Part shown: in pieces, positions 1-13,150 of the stretch
Layout of the letters: every line of letters begins with the position of its first letter
How positions within the stretch are numbered: position 1 is the first letter of the stretch
NCBI GenBank assembly: GCA_026770705.1
Contig: JANJGN010000038.1
Span: 124,001 to 188,000, forward strand
DNA length: 64,000 bases
Direction of reading: 5' to 3'
Source of the DNA: Isurus oxyrinchus
Taxonomy: Eukaryota
Notes under the pieces: generated by a model
Database searches by the model: none
What the model was told of the DNA's origin: nothing
What the model saw: only the letters and a program-made list of their open reading frames with translations
Position numbers and translations under genes: made by a program

Positions 1-410
1 CTGTCATCTAGTAGGACAAGGGCACCAGAGACAATGGGACACCACCACGTGGGAGTTCCCCTCCATGTCACTCACTATCCTGAGTTGGAACTATATAGCC
101 GTTCCTGCACTGTCGCTGGGTCAAAATCCCGGAACTACCCAATAGCACTGTGGGTTATCTGCACCACATGGATTGGTTTCATTTGCCCTTTAGGGAAAGA
201 AAGCTGCCATTCCCATCTGGCCTACATGTGACCCCCAGACCCACAGCAAGTGTGGTTGACACATTTCTGTTTCTTGACAAGACCCTCACAATTAGGGGTG
301 AACAGCAAATGCTGACCTTGGTTCAAGGCAGTAGCTCATCACCACCTTCAAGGGCAATTAGCGATGGGCAATAAATGCTGGCCCAGCCAGTGATGCCCAA
401 ATCCTGCAAA
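1..410 (+). mobile_element. LINE 3' end / SINE tail fragment
   Basis: Shares gtcaaaatcc..ggaact and aagggcaattag.gatgggcaataaatgctggcccagcc with copies at 1990-2640 (-), 13300-13520, 35900-36270 (-) and 43490-43740. Confidence 0.6.
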
Positions 411-487
411 CAAATAAAACAATTACTCTGTCTCATGGTTCCGAATTCAACTGCCTCTGAATTCCAACTCGGGGAGATAGAGAATTA

Positions 488-840
488 GTGGTAACCTCAC
501 GGAACGAGTAATCCAGAGAGCCAGGCTAATGCTCATTGGTTCAAATCCCACTACAGCAGTTCGTGGAATTTAAATTCACCAAGTCTAGAAAATGAAGCTC
601 GTCTCAGTAATGGCGCCAATGAAACTCATCGATTGTTGTAAAAACCCATCTGGTTCACTGATGTCCCTTTCGGGAAGGAAACCTGCTGTCCTTACCTGGT
701 CTGGGCTACATGTGACTCCAGACCCACCACAAATGTGGCTGGCTCTTAAATGCCCCAGGAAATTTGCCCCAGCAGGCCACTCAGTTCAGTGGCAGCTAGG
801 AGTGGACAGAAAATGCTGGCCTTGCCAGTGATGTCCACAA
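488..840 (+). mobile_element. tRNA-derived shark SINE
   Basis: B-box GGTTCAAATCC near 539; central block catctggttcact...tacatgtgactccagaccc shared with copies at 185-265, 31540-31990 and 35560-35900. Confidence 0.7.
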
Positions 841-1989
841 ACTATAAAGAGAAAGACAAAATAAAATGGGAAACCTGCAAGAGTGCAGTGCTCAGTCCTG
901 CACAGCCCTATTGGGCCTAGGGTGGAGCTTCAATCCGGACATCATCCTCGGTAGAATACCTCATGCTAAAGTGATCGTTTAAGGGCCTGACTGACTATTT
1001 CACACTAACATTGCGCTGAGTAAAACATTTCAGGATCTAAAGACAAGACACATGGTGGGTACATTTCCGTGAAAATCTTTAATATTTAGAAAAAAAAACA
1101 TTTTAAAAATTCCATAATCTCATGTCTCGCAGATGGCTACAGTGCCCCAGGATGAGCCCAACAGTAATGGGAAATGTGGGAACAGATTGAAGCAGTGAGA
1201 GGGAGAGAGCACGTGAGCAATATCAGACACGATGGACATTGTCATTCAGATCAGACCATCGCCATTCTGGTCGTTTCAACTGGTCAACTTGACCGGAAAT
1301 AGAAAAGGGACAAATGGAGGGCAGAGATTTAACAAACTTTAAAAAATATGAACTGACCTGGTGACAAATATGAGCCATGAATGCATTAAGGAGAGAGTGT
1401 ATGGTTCTTGGCAAACGCTCGGCTGTTAGCAATATTTGCCTGAGGACAGTTTTTGTTGGGGGGCGGATGTCGCTGGGACAGAAGACATTCCATTCTGCAT
1501 TTCACCAGCAGTCGCCCAAGGACAAGTTCAAGCAGAAGTGAGTGGTGACGAATTTGAAGGCCATAAGACGGCAGACACATTCGTTCAGGATAAATCGAGG
1601 CTCACTGGTCTTCAGATCGCCCTCTTGGCCAGGCATCGGCCCGTGTCACTGAAAGAGGGGAACACGCGTGAGAAAGTGTTCATTCTCAAGGGGGTTGAGA
1701 TCTGTCAGGCTAACCTCCCATCCCCCTCTGTCTGTTTTGGACACCACTGAGCACACCCACCCCCCCTCCCCCCACCCCCATCGATACTCAGTCAACTGGA
1801 GCTGCGATCCTGATATTCATGTAGTGAGCAGGGAGTGACCAGGCTCTCAGTTTGCTGGTTAATCACACTGCAGTCCAATATCAGTGACTCGTACATGGAA
1901 CAGCATTAACCTGCTAACAGGGATGCAACTGCAGTGATAGTGTCAACAGTCATAAACCTGGGACAGTTGTCGATTTATTGGTAGTTTGG

Positions 1990-2640
1990 CAACTTTAATT
2001 CTTTTCCCAGGATGTAGGCATCACAGGCTGGGCCAGCATGTATTGCCCTTCCCTAGTTGCCCCTGAGAAGGTGGTGGTGAGCTGCTTTCTTGAAACTCTG
2101 CAGTCCATGTGGTGTAGGTACACCCACAGTGCTGGTAGGAAGGGAGTTCAGGATTTTGACCCAGTGACATTGAAGGAATGGCGATATATTTCCAAGTCAG
2201 GATGGTGACTTACTTGGAGGGGAATTTCCAGGTGGTGGTGTCTGCTGCCCTTGTCCTTCTAGGTGGTAATTGTCATGGGTTTGGAAGGTGCTGTGAAAGG
2301 AACATTGGTGAATTCCTGCAGTGCACCTTGTAGATGGTACACACTGCTGCTACTGTGCGACGGTGGTGGAGGGAGTGAATGTTTGTGGATGTGGTACCAA
2401 TCAAGTGGGGCTGCTTTGGTGTCAAGCTTCGTGTGTTTGTGTTTAGGAGATGCACTCATCCAGGAAAGAGGAGAGTACTCCATCAAAATACTGACTTGTG
2501 CCTTTAGATGGTGGACAGGCTCTGGGGAGTCAGGAGGTGAGTTAATCGTCGCACATGTCCCAGCCTCTCTGACCTGCTCTTGTGTCCACAGTATTTATAT
2601 CGTTAGCCCAGTTTAGTTTCTAGTCAATTGTAACCCCCGG
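1990..2640 (-). mobile_element. 3' fragment of the same CR1/L2-like LINE family, inverted
   Basis: Reverse complement of the tail seen at 1-410 and 39900-40140. Confidence 0.6.
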
Positions 2641-3849
2641 GATGCTGATGATGCATTTATGATACATGGTGCAAGTGTTTCAGCTAAAGAATTTTAGATA
2701 AATGGACTTATACAGTGGCAAAGAGTACCGCATGAATGAATTAAAAAGTTCAAAGCCTCGTAACAAACTCGTTTCACTGTCCTGTGATTAAAGTGATACA
2801 ACCCCACCCTCTGCTGGCACCTCACTGCCACTACAGGCGGTGCTGTTTGACAGCCTCAGAGAAGTTCGGTTACTGCATGGTTGCATTTGAAAACATATTG
2901 ATGAATTATGAATATGGGACAATACTGTGTGGGATTGAAGTTTGCAGCAGCGTTCGCTCTTTTACCGCCTGACGCTGTACATGAACTCTCTCATCATTCC
3001 CCATTGGAGGTATAGGCTGGAGCTGGGTGGAGTTATTTCAGACTGCAATGGGCACATTTGGTAGTTATCAGACTCTAATCTCATTCAGAATGGGAGTATT
3101 TAAACTTTGCTGTGCTCTGTAATTCCTCTGCAATACATTGTCTATATTCAACCCGACACATTGGATCTTGCTAAACCTTGTTCTACCACTTATGTCTTCA
3201 AGATAATGTTCTCCATTTCTCACATTCCTGGTCCTAATGGGGAAATTATACATATCAAACACAAACAATGTATGGGAGAGGATTTATTTTCACATCTTTA
3301 CAGCCTGGTCAGAGAATCTAAAACACGGGGAACGATCCCAGGATAATGGGCCGAACATTTTGGTCTGAGTTGAGGAGAAATTACTTCACTCAAAGTGTTT
3401 TGAACCTTTGGAATTCTCTACCCGAGAGAGATCTGGATTCTCCATCCACTTTAGTTCGGGATAGGCAGGGTTACAGTGTCTCGGGGATTTTAGGGATTTG
3501 GGCAAAGGGCGGAAACATGGAGTTGAAGCCCAAGTTTTGAATGACAGAGCAGCTCGACGGCCATTCCACCTACTCCTGCTCCTATCTTGGGTTCCTGTAA
3601 GAATCAATGTTAACCGCTTCCACGCTTTCGAGAGTCTGCTCCATAGATCGAACACCCTGTGGAATATTAACCTGAACTTTCCAGGTCCATTAGAGGCAGG
3701 CTGGTAGGTGGCAAGGCTGGCACTATGCCGGGGAAGGCGTCAGGAAGCGTGGAGAGAGGGAATCTGTGTCCGTCCCAGGGCCTCGTTTGCTTTGCTCATT
3801 GTTGAAAGATTATCAACTCTTGTCAGTCAGAACCCACAGTTCATTTTTA

Positions 3850-4700
3850 TTTTCCCATACAGGTTATTTTTTCCATATGTGATTTTTCCTTCCTTAATTC
3901 CTTATCTCCATGTGACAAATTTTGAATTCCTCTCCGAGGAATGTTATCCATTGCCTTTCTGCCTATTTTTCAAATATTTAAATCCGCCCATAGCTTACCC
4001 TGATCAGATGTGCACCTGTGATCTTCATTAGCTTTTCCCCCCGCTGCAGTTGTAAGCATTGATCTTCTGGCTTCATTTATTATCATCTTAAACTAATGCG
4101 GAATGAAACAGAACAATGTGGGATCCCAGCGTTCATATTCTTCCAGTCCGAATACAATCCCTGTATCATTACAATCTGGAATCTATCAATCAACTAATTC
4201 CGATTCCCTTGCAGTCCTCCCTCTGATTGTGGCGATATTTCTTCCAGGGTCCCATCCTTTCCAGAGGAACTGTTTAGAAAGCCGACAGGAATCCAAATGC
4301 ATCACATCCACTGTCTCTCTTGCCCCATGAAGCTCGTTTTGCTCACGTTCAAAGTGATCAGTCAGCTCGATAAGCGAGTCCTTTCCTTCATGGACACTTA
4401 CTGGCTCCTTCTCTCCACATGCTCCATAAAAACTTTCCTTTCTTAGGGGTTTACGAGGGGTAACTCATGGTCTGTGATTTCCTGACTCACTTTTGCGAAC
4501 ATTTTACCAAAGAACAATAAACACTGCATTTTATTTTATCTGTTCACCAGGCATCTTTGCAGAATTCAATCATTTTTCACAGATTTATGACTGAGAACCT
4601 GCAGATTTTTGCTTAATTTCGTAAAAATCCTCGGATGCATCGTATCTGGGCCGTGGATTGATTCAGCTGGATTTCCACAGCTCTTCATTAACCATGCTGG
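3850..4700 (-). mobile_element. Decayed CR1 LINE RT fragment
   Basis: Minus strand contains degenerate SCLTNLIEFFE-, VDVxYLDF- and GVPQG-like codons. Confidence 0.55.
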
Positions 4701-4869
4701 TGCTAACATAATAAATGCAACGATTTACCACTGAAATCCTATGATTTCACTTGCGGATCAAATATACATATTAACTGTTCCCACTTTCATAGAAGATGAA
4801 ACAAAAATACATATTTAACGCAATTATAGCCCGGCTAGCATCAGTTGTGTTGCCCTTACTCGATCATAT

Positions 4870-6500
4870 TTTCGCACTACACCTATGTTATTTTCTTGTA
4901 ACAACAACAAAAATATATTATCGTTTTCACCCCTTGCCATAGCCTGTTTGAAAGGAGTTTTGTTAAAGTTGTCCTGAATCATGATGGTCTGGACAGAGTA
5001 GACAGGGAGAAATAGTTCCCAATGGTGGAAGATTCGAGAACAAGTGGGCACAGATTTAAGATAATCAGGAAAAGAAGCAACGGCGACATTTAAAAATAAA
5101 CTTTTTTTCGCTTAGTGAGTGATTAGGATTTGGAGTGGACAGGCTGAGAGTGTGGTGGAGGCAGAGTCAATTGATGCTTTCAAAAATAAATTGCATCATT
5201 TTCGGAAAAGGGAAAAATGCTGGACGAGGGGGAAAACAGTGGAACTAGGTCAATTGTTCCTTTAGAGGGTTAGCATGGGCCAGACAAATGGCCTCTTAGT
5301 TTTCTGTAAGAATTCTTCGATTCTATGATTGAAGTCTGAAACAGTAAATTAAATCAGCATTTTCACAGCATCTGCAATAGCAAGGTTTGTCCAGCAGATG
5401 GAACCGAAAGCGTGATTGTTCAAATTGCGTGAGGCAGGCATTTCTCAATGGTTGCTGCATTGACCCTGTCTCCACTCATATCAAACTGGACCCCGTGCCT
5501 GTTTAAATAACACTAGGTCATGTCATTGATTATATTAGAGGAGGTTGTGTCTCACTTATTTCTGTATTCGGCCCAATCTCTGCTGTCAGCTTACTCAACC
5601 AAGGCCCTCTTTCTGTTCTGTGAGACACTATCAGTTATTACTGCACGGAACCAAGCCTCAGCTAACATGACAAAACGCCATGTCCCAATTGTTATTTCCT
5701 TGTACAATGTCCCCCTTTGTATTAAACTGGAACATGTGCCTATTTGCATTGCACGAGGCTTTCCCTCAGTTATTACTTGAGTTGACCCTGAAATGTTTAT
5801 ATTAAGCTAGAAGAGGTCACAGTGAATGCTGCACAAGTCCATGTTCTGTTTATATAACACGATGCCCTGTCTCTGTTGTTAGTGCTGACAGGCTGGTTAA
5901 TAAAGCATATGGTATCTGAGGCTTTATATATTGTGGCACAAAGTTCAAAATCAAAGAGTTTTTCGAACACAGTTAAAGTCTCAACATGAGCATTTGCGTC
6001 CAGTTCTGGACACCACACTTTAGGAAAAGTGTGAACGTATCAGTGAGAGAGTAGGAAAGATTCACGAGAATGGTTCCAGGGATGGAGACCTTCAGTTAAA
6101 CTGGTAGAGTAGAGGAATTGGTACTGCATTCCATACAGGAGAAAAGGTTGAGGCAGAAGTTATAGATGTATTCAAAATCTAGATGGCTCTGGACAGAGTT
6201 GAAAGTAGAAAACGGTCCAATTGGTGGAAGGATCGAGAACCAAGGGGCACAGATTTAAGGTAATTGGGAAAATAAGCATTAGCGACATGAGGAAATGCTT
6301 TTGTTCATGCAGCTAGTGGTTAGGACCTTGAATGGACTGCGTGAGGATGTGGTGGAGGCCGTGACAATCGAGTCATTTAAAATGGGATTGGATAATTATA
6401 TGAAAAGGAGGAAAACATCTGGCCTACGGGGAGCAGAGGGTGGCAGGAGATGAATTAATCCTTCACAAGACAAGAACAGTAAGAACGAACGGAATGGCCT
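4870..6500 (+). mobile_element. Two CR1 LINE 3' fragments (about 4870-5330 and 5870-6500)
   Basis: HLEYCVQFW-, DRVD..- and SRTRGHRFK-type motifs that recur in the other CR1 copies of the window. Confidence 0.65.
5373..5404 (+). promoter_or_regulatory. CTCF-like site A (forward)
   Basis: Core CCAGCAGATGGAAC (5391-5404) resembles CCASYAGRKGGCRS (mismatches only near the 3' end); upstream module TGCAATAGC starts 18 bp before the core, the spacing of the ZF9-11 extended motif. Confidence 0.6.
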
Positions 6501-7199
6501 TTAAGTAGTGATAATACTACAAATATTATATGGTTTTATGTTGATATGAAATAATATTTATGTTATCTTTACAGCTCAGTTTGAGTTTCTGCTATTGAGG
6601 CTATATACCTTTTAGGCTGGGAGCAGGAACTGGTGTTATTGCCTTAATTCCTTTAAGGTACAGAGAAGCTTAGGTTCGATGAATTATATTTGTTTTATTT
6701 GAATTGTGCAATTGAGGGATTCTTCGTCAGTTTCAAAGGGATAAACAAAAAAGGCGAATTCAGCAGCTTTAACTTAACACGACACCTCATCTTAAAACTA
6801 AATGATCTATGACTTGGTTCAATTGAGGAACCATATCCATAAAGCAGAAGGAGGGCAGCCTTTGTCTTGACATAACTGTAGGAAGGTGTTATTAACATTT
6901 ACTAATAATGTATTGTATCTCTGGTATGGTGCTAAAACACGTGTTGACGTGGCTATATATGATAAGTTGTATTGTTGATAAGAAGATGTAACATTGTTTG
7001 CAATAGCTCTGTATTTACAAGGGTGCGTTATTTACTCACAATTGAATATACATCCCGGAGCCCAGGGAATAAGAGATACAGATTTGTCCTCAGTGTTCAT
7101 GGCTTTAGACACAGAGATGAAGTGACACCAAATGAGCCTCACCCCAAGCCAATGAAAGAAATTAATTTTGATTCTTTCCAAATAATAGGACATCCACAA

Positions 7200-9720
7200 A
7201 TAAGGAAATACGATTTGATCGCCATTGCAGACATGGCTGCAGGAGGACATGGATTGGGACTTGAATATCAAAGGGCATTTTGGAAGGACATGAGGAGAAG
7301 AAATGGCGGAGGGGTGGCGCTGCTAGTTAGTGATGGCTTAGCAGAATAGAGAGGGATGACCCAAACTCATCAAACCAGGATGTGCAATCACTTTGGATAG
7401 AGGTGAAAAATGGGAAAGTAAAGACAGCGCTTGTAGGAGTCGTGTGCAGGCCTCCTAATAGTAACCACGTGGTAACATGAAGGGAGAAATAATGGAAGCA
7501 TGTCGGAAAGGCACGACCGTAATCATGGGAGCTTTCAAACTACGTATGGACTGGAAAAGTCAGATGGGTAAAGGTAGCCCAGATGAGGAGCTGATTGAAT
7601 GCTTCTGGGATTGTTTCTTAGTTTTAGAGCCAACTAGAAAGCAGGCTATACCAGACCTGGTATTGTGCAATGAGATGGATTTAATTAATGACCTCATGGT
7701 GAAGGCAGCCCTCTGTAGTACTGACTATCGTATGATTGAATTTTACATTCTGTTTGAGGGAGAGAGGAGTGGGTCCGAGACTGTACTTTTAAGACTGAAT
7801 GAGGGAAATTATGAGGGCATAAAAGCAGAACTGACTAAAGTGAATTGGCAAATTAAGTTAAGGGATAGGTTCATTGCGAAGTAATAGTTTTAATTTTAGG
7901 GATATATCAAGATACACAGGATATATACAATCCAGCGAGTACAAATAAGGTCCAGGGGACAACACACCCTCCGTGGTTACCTAGAAAGGTGAACGAGAGT
8001 ACCAAACTTAAAGAAAACAAATATATGATTGTGCAATGATAGGTGGAATGCCAGTAGATTGGGCAGAAGAGAAGGATCAGCTTTAGATGACTAAAACTTT
8101 AATAAGGAGGGGAATAAAATAGAATACGACAGAAAGTTAGCCACAAATATAAAAACAGATAGTAAGAGCTTCCATGAATATATTTTTGTAAAGAGACGAG
8201 TTATTGAAGTGAGCGTTCGCACCAGAGAAAGTGAGTCTGAAGGATTGTTAATGGAAACCACGGAAATGGCAGATGAATCGAACAGGTACTTTGCATCAGT
8301 AGTTACTACAGAGGAAACAATTAACATTCCAGAGGCAGCTGTAAATCAGGAAATGGAAGGTAGGGAGGAACTCAGGAAAATTACAATCACCAGAGAAGTG
8401 GTAGTGAGTAAATAGTTGGAGCTGCGGGCTGACAACTGCCCGGGTCCTGATGGACTTCATCCTGGGGTCTGAAAAGAAGTGGCTAGTGAGACAGTTGAGG
8501 AATTGCTTTAATGTTTTTCCAAGCTCACTAGATTCAGCGGAGGTCCCTTTAGTTTGGGATAGAAAAGAGAAGGAGACAGGAAGCGGGAAACTGCAGGCCA
8601 GTTAGCTTGACATCTGTTATAGGGGAAAAGTTAGAAGCTACTATGAAAAAAGCTGTAGCAGACAACTTTGACAAGTTCAAGGTAATCAGGGAGAACCAGC
8701 ATGATTTTGAGGAAGTAACATGGGCTGTGGATAAATGGTAACCGATGGATATACTGCAGTAAGGTTGGCAGAAGGCATTTGATTATGTGCCACATCAAAG
8801 ACTATTATGGAAGAGAAAAGCCCTTGGTATATAGGGAAACTTATTAGTATGGATAGAAGATTGGCTGGCTAACAAGAATAAATGGAATTTTCAGGTTGGC
8901 AAGGTGTAACGAGTAGTGTGCCAAAGGACTCAGTGCTAGGACCTCAACTCTTTACAATTTATATAAATGAGTTGTATGAAGGGATGGAAGGGATGGTTGC
9001 CAAATTTGCTGATGACACAAAGATAGGTAGGAAAGTAAGTTGTGAAGAGGATATAAGGAGGTTGCAAAAAGACATAGATAAAGTGAGTGGGCAAAGGTCC
9101 GGCTAACGAAGTATAATATTGGAAATTTGAAATTGTCCATTTTGGCAGGAAGTATAAAAGAGAAGCATGTTATCTAAATGGTGAGAGATTGCAGAGCTCT
9201 GAGATTCAGTGATCTGGATGTCTTAGTGTGTGAATCATTAAAGGCTAGTATGCAGGTACAGCAAGTAATTAGTAAATAGAAAGTTATCATTGATTGCAAA
9301 AAGAATTGAATTTAAAAATAGGGATGTTATGCTCCGGTTATACAAAAATCTAATGAGAACACATCTGGAGTACTGTGTGCAATTTTGGTCACCTTGTTTA
9401 AGGAAGGATGTAAATGCGTTAGAATCAGTTCAGAGAAGGTTTCCCAGATTCATAACTGGAATGGGCGGATTGTTTTATGAGGAACGATTAGACAGGCTAG
9501 GCTGGAGTTTTATAGAGTAACAGGCGCCTTGGTTGAAACATGTAAGATCCTGGAGGTCCTTGACAGGGTGGATGTACAGAGGATGTTTCCTCTTATTGGA
9601 TAACCTGGAACTAGTGGTCACTGTTTCAAAATAAGGGGCTACTCATTTCAACCGTAGATGGGACGATTTTCCTTTATCTCTGTGGGTCTTGAGTATTTGG
9701 AACTCTCTTCCTGAAAATAT
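7200..9720 (+). mobile_element. CR1-clade LINE ORF2 remnant (APE endonuclease + RT), multiply disrupted
   Basis: YDLIAI, GGGVALLV, DLVLCNE, VPKDSVLGPQLFTIYIN, KFADDTK and HLEYCVQFWSP motifs spread across several frames. Confidence 0.9.
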
Positions 9721-9972
9721 TGCTTAATAAATTTTACTTGATCCATAAATACCACTTATTGGGAACTTGTTTGGTGAGGCGCAATTGAATACTCCATTAT
9801 TATAAATCAAGAATTCGGAACGTAGATATTTTAACTAAAATGTTTTTATATCTCAAAATCTCCTAAGCTTTACAGGCCTCCTTCTGTGCTGCAAGCATTC
9901 CATGATTCAATGATTTATATTTTTATCAATGACCTCACAAGCATTAACTGAAATTGGCATTTAAACGGCATT

Positions 9973-10006
9973 GATAATAGCAACGTGTGTCCAGCAGATG
10001 GCAGTG
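9973..10006 (+). promoter_or_regulatory. CTCF-like site B (forward)
   Basis: Core CCAGCAGATGGCAG (9991-10004) matches the consensus perfectly; upstream GATAATAGCAA at the extended-motif spacing. Confidence 0.7.
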
Positions 10007-10029
10007 AAGCCGAGGTACTTTACATTAAA

Positions 10030-11530
10030 CAGGCATTCTCTCAATTGTTACCGAAACGGACGCTATCTCTGTTCACATTAAACTAGACTCCGTCTCTGAT
10101 CATATCACAGGGTCATATTTCTGATGATTTTACAGCAGGTCATGTCTATTTGTTTCCTTACTCAGCCCAACCTCTGTTGTTGATATACCTGATCCGGGCC
10201 CTCTTCGTATTATATCAAACCTTCTCTCAGTTATGACTGCACTGAATCATCTCTCGGCTAACATGACATTAGGTCATGTCTCAATGGTTACTGAACTAGG
10301 CCCTGTCTCTTTTAATACTAAACCAGAACATGCTCATGGTTGCATCACACGAGGCTGTGTCTCAGTTTTTACTCTGCCACGTTTATATTGAACTTGACAA
10401 TTTCACAGTTAATGCTGTGCATATAAATTTCTGTTTATATCACACAATGTCCCTTCTCTGTTACTATTGTACTATACCATGTCTCTCTCATTGCCGCACT
10501 TGTCCAGGTTTCTATTGGTATTAATCTAGGTACTTGGCTGGGAGTGATTGCACTAGGTCTTATTTTAATTGATATTGCACAAAGTCCTTTATCAAGTTAA
10601 ACTGCACTAGACCCTGTGTCAGTTTCTTTACACTAGATTCTGTCTCCTTTATTAGTTCGTCAGTCCATGTCTCTGTACAAATTACACACGCTACTGCCTC
10701 AGTTTATAATCTATTCCTATAATCTATGCCTATTCCTGCACCCAGCACTGCCTCAGTTTATAATCTACGAGATCACATTTCTATTTACGTTACACTAGAC
10801 CATCTCTCTGTTCATGTCAATCTAGGTCATGTCTCTGCTGACATTCCGCTGGACGTTTCCTTGCATGTGTTCATATAGAACTAGACCCTGTATATTTGTA
10901 TGCAGTGCAGACCATGCCTGTGATTATTTTACACAAGGCCACGTCTATTACTAATACGCTGGACCTTGTCTCAGTAATTATTAAACTTGACCCAGTTTTC
11001 TTTTCAATTATTGGAGATGTTGTATCAATATTTGGTGCACTCCGCCCTGTCTCAGTATTACTGCACCTGCCCCTGTCTCGGTTTATATCCAAATGGATCC
11101 TTTCATAATATTACACCAGTTCCTGCCTCAGTTATATCAGTGCTTGGCCCCATCTCAGTTGTTCTGGAACTATACCATGTCTCTTTTTGTATTACATACG
11201 GCAAAGTCCCAGTTCTTACTGTGCTGGACTAATGGTCCCTATACACAGCACTAAACTTTGTTTTAGTTATTGCTGCACTACTCCATGTCTCTGCTTATAT
11301 TACGTTAGCCCTATCTCTGATGTCTCACAAGTTACAGAAGATGCAGTCGCAGTTATTATTGCACTAGACTCTGCCTTTTTAATGCTAAAATGGAACCCTT
11401 TTCAGTTTATATTGCACTAGTCCTGATCTCTATTATTACTTCAGAAAACAATTTCTTTGCTTAAATTAAGCTAATCCAACCTCAGTTATTACTGCACTAG
11501 ACTGTGTCTATGTGAACTAGAGAGATAATA
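10030..11530 (-). repeat. Decayed 27/54-bp satellite relic in inverted orientation (similar relics at 5430-5880 and 34060-34600)
   Basis: Recurrent ctcagttattactgcactagaccctgt-like motifs, the reverse complement of the main array unit. Confidence 0.7.
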
Positions 11531-11539
11531 TAAATAAAG

Positions 11540-11924
11540 GTAATGAGCTAGAAAATGGTCCCTGGCCTTGGCCAAAGATGGGCGGCATGAGATGGGCGGC
11601 CAATTCAGCGCCTGATATTCAGTTTCATTATAGTTGACAGTATCACGGATCATATGCCACCTGTTCTGTTTGTTTTCATGAAGAGAATCATTCTTCACAC
11701 TTGCACTGTAATTCCTCGAATATAAATAATTTACTTTCACCATTGTTTGGCATTTCATGTTCTCTTCTTCAAATTGTGGCTGCCGATCTTTTAATGCAGA
11801 AAAAAAATATTGGTCCCATTTTCTACTCTGTGCCATTGTATAGAAAGTCATGGCATACATCGTTACTAAGATGAAGGTGCCAATTACCAATCTGTCGCTC
11901 GCCCCTCTATCTGATGCAGCGCAT
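11540..11924 (-). pseudogene. Candidate frameshifted fragment of a type II membrane (Golgi glycosyltransferase-like) protein
   Basis: Removing one base (11909) yields MRCIRRGASDR-LVIGTFILVTMYAMTFYTM followed by an ~80-aa polar stem with NYS, NDS and NET sequons; fades into satellite near 11540; family not recognised. Confidence 0.35.
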
Positions 11925-12499
11925 AAGTCACTGTCTTCTGTTTGCCTGTCTGTCCGTTTCTCTCTCTCTCTCCCTCACACACACGCACACACACACCTCA
12001 CGGTCTTTCTGCAACTTCAGTGAATGTGTTAACACCCCAAAAAGAACAATTCATGCATTTCAACTGAAGATCGTTTAATATTGTAATTATTTATTAATAA
12101 CCAATCTGCTGTGTGCTCTTGTTTATAAAGTGATTTCAGACTGTTTATGTCATTTCCCAGCTGGAGTTATCTGCCTCAGGTGATCAGATGGAATGTGGAT
12201 TACATCACCTCGAGAATAAGGACAGCTTATTGGCAAATGATCACATCAGCATCTCACAGAAGTTCCTGTCTATACAGTGAGTCTGTGATCATTTGTGGAA
12301 GCAAAATGGACAAATTGAAACTGTACCTGTTGTGAGGTTAATATAACTGCAATTCTATGGTTTATTACTCCTAGGGATGGAAAGGGTTGAAACATTCCTT
12401 GATCTCCAGGGAATTTTCAATCTTTTGTTTCTGCAACCTTTGAGTGTAACTTCCACTCTTTCCACTACAACTGCACTAATCCTTTTTGCACTGAATATT

Positions 12500-13150
12500 C
12501 TGCTTCTATGCTGTATGTTCCATGTAATGACTCAGGCTCTTTGTAGCATAAACAGATGCAGGGTCGATGTATTACAAACAGATATATGGGCTGGTGCAGT
12601 ATTAACAAAGCTAGGGCCTGTTGTAATGGAAACAGAGATAATCTAGTGCGGTGATAACAGAGACAGGACCCGGTGTAATATAAGCAAAGATATGTACTAC
12701 TGCATTAATAGCAGAGATAGGTCCTAGTGTAAAGATAGAAGAAATAAGTCTTTGTTTAATCACAATGGATACAATACTTTGCACAATAATATCCAGTTTA
12801 TCGCTAAGTGATTACTGTCAAATTTATCAATGTTAGGAACATGTTACTGTTGAAAGTAGACGGGAACAATGTTCCCATAGTAAGAGCAGAGTATTAAATT
12901 GGATGGATAAGCAGGTTATTTTCTGGCTGGAACAGTGGCGGGAGTGAAGTGTAATAATTACCGAAATACGAGGCAATGCAATAAGAATGGACTCAGAGCC
13001 CAGTGTGATTACAGCAAAGGCATTGTTTAATTTTAGTGTAACGAGGACAGTGTTCGATCCAATACTAACAGCCGCAGGTTGCAATGTATTACTGAACACA
13101 TCACTGAATCCAGTGTGCTGAGAGCACAGTCGGCGTCTAGTGCATCAAAA
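12500..13150 (+). repeat. Decayed 27/54-bp satellite relic (similar at 17250-17920, 36430-36700, 42950-43330, 43750-43830)
   Basis: acagggcctagtgcagtgattactga / taatataaactgag motifs. Confidence 0.65.
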
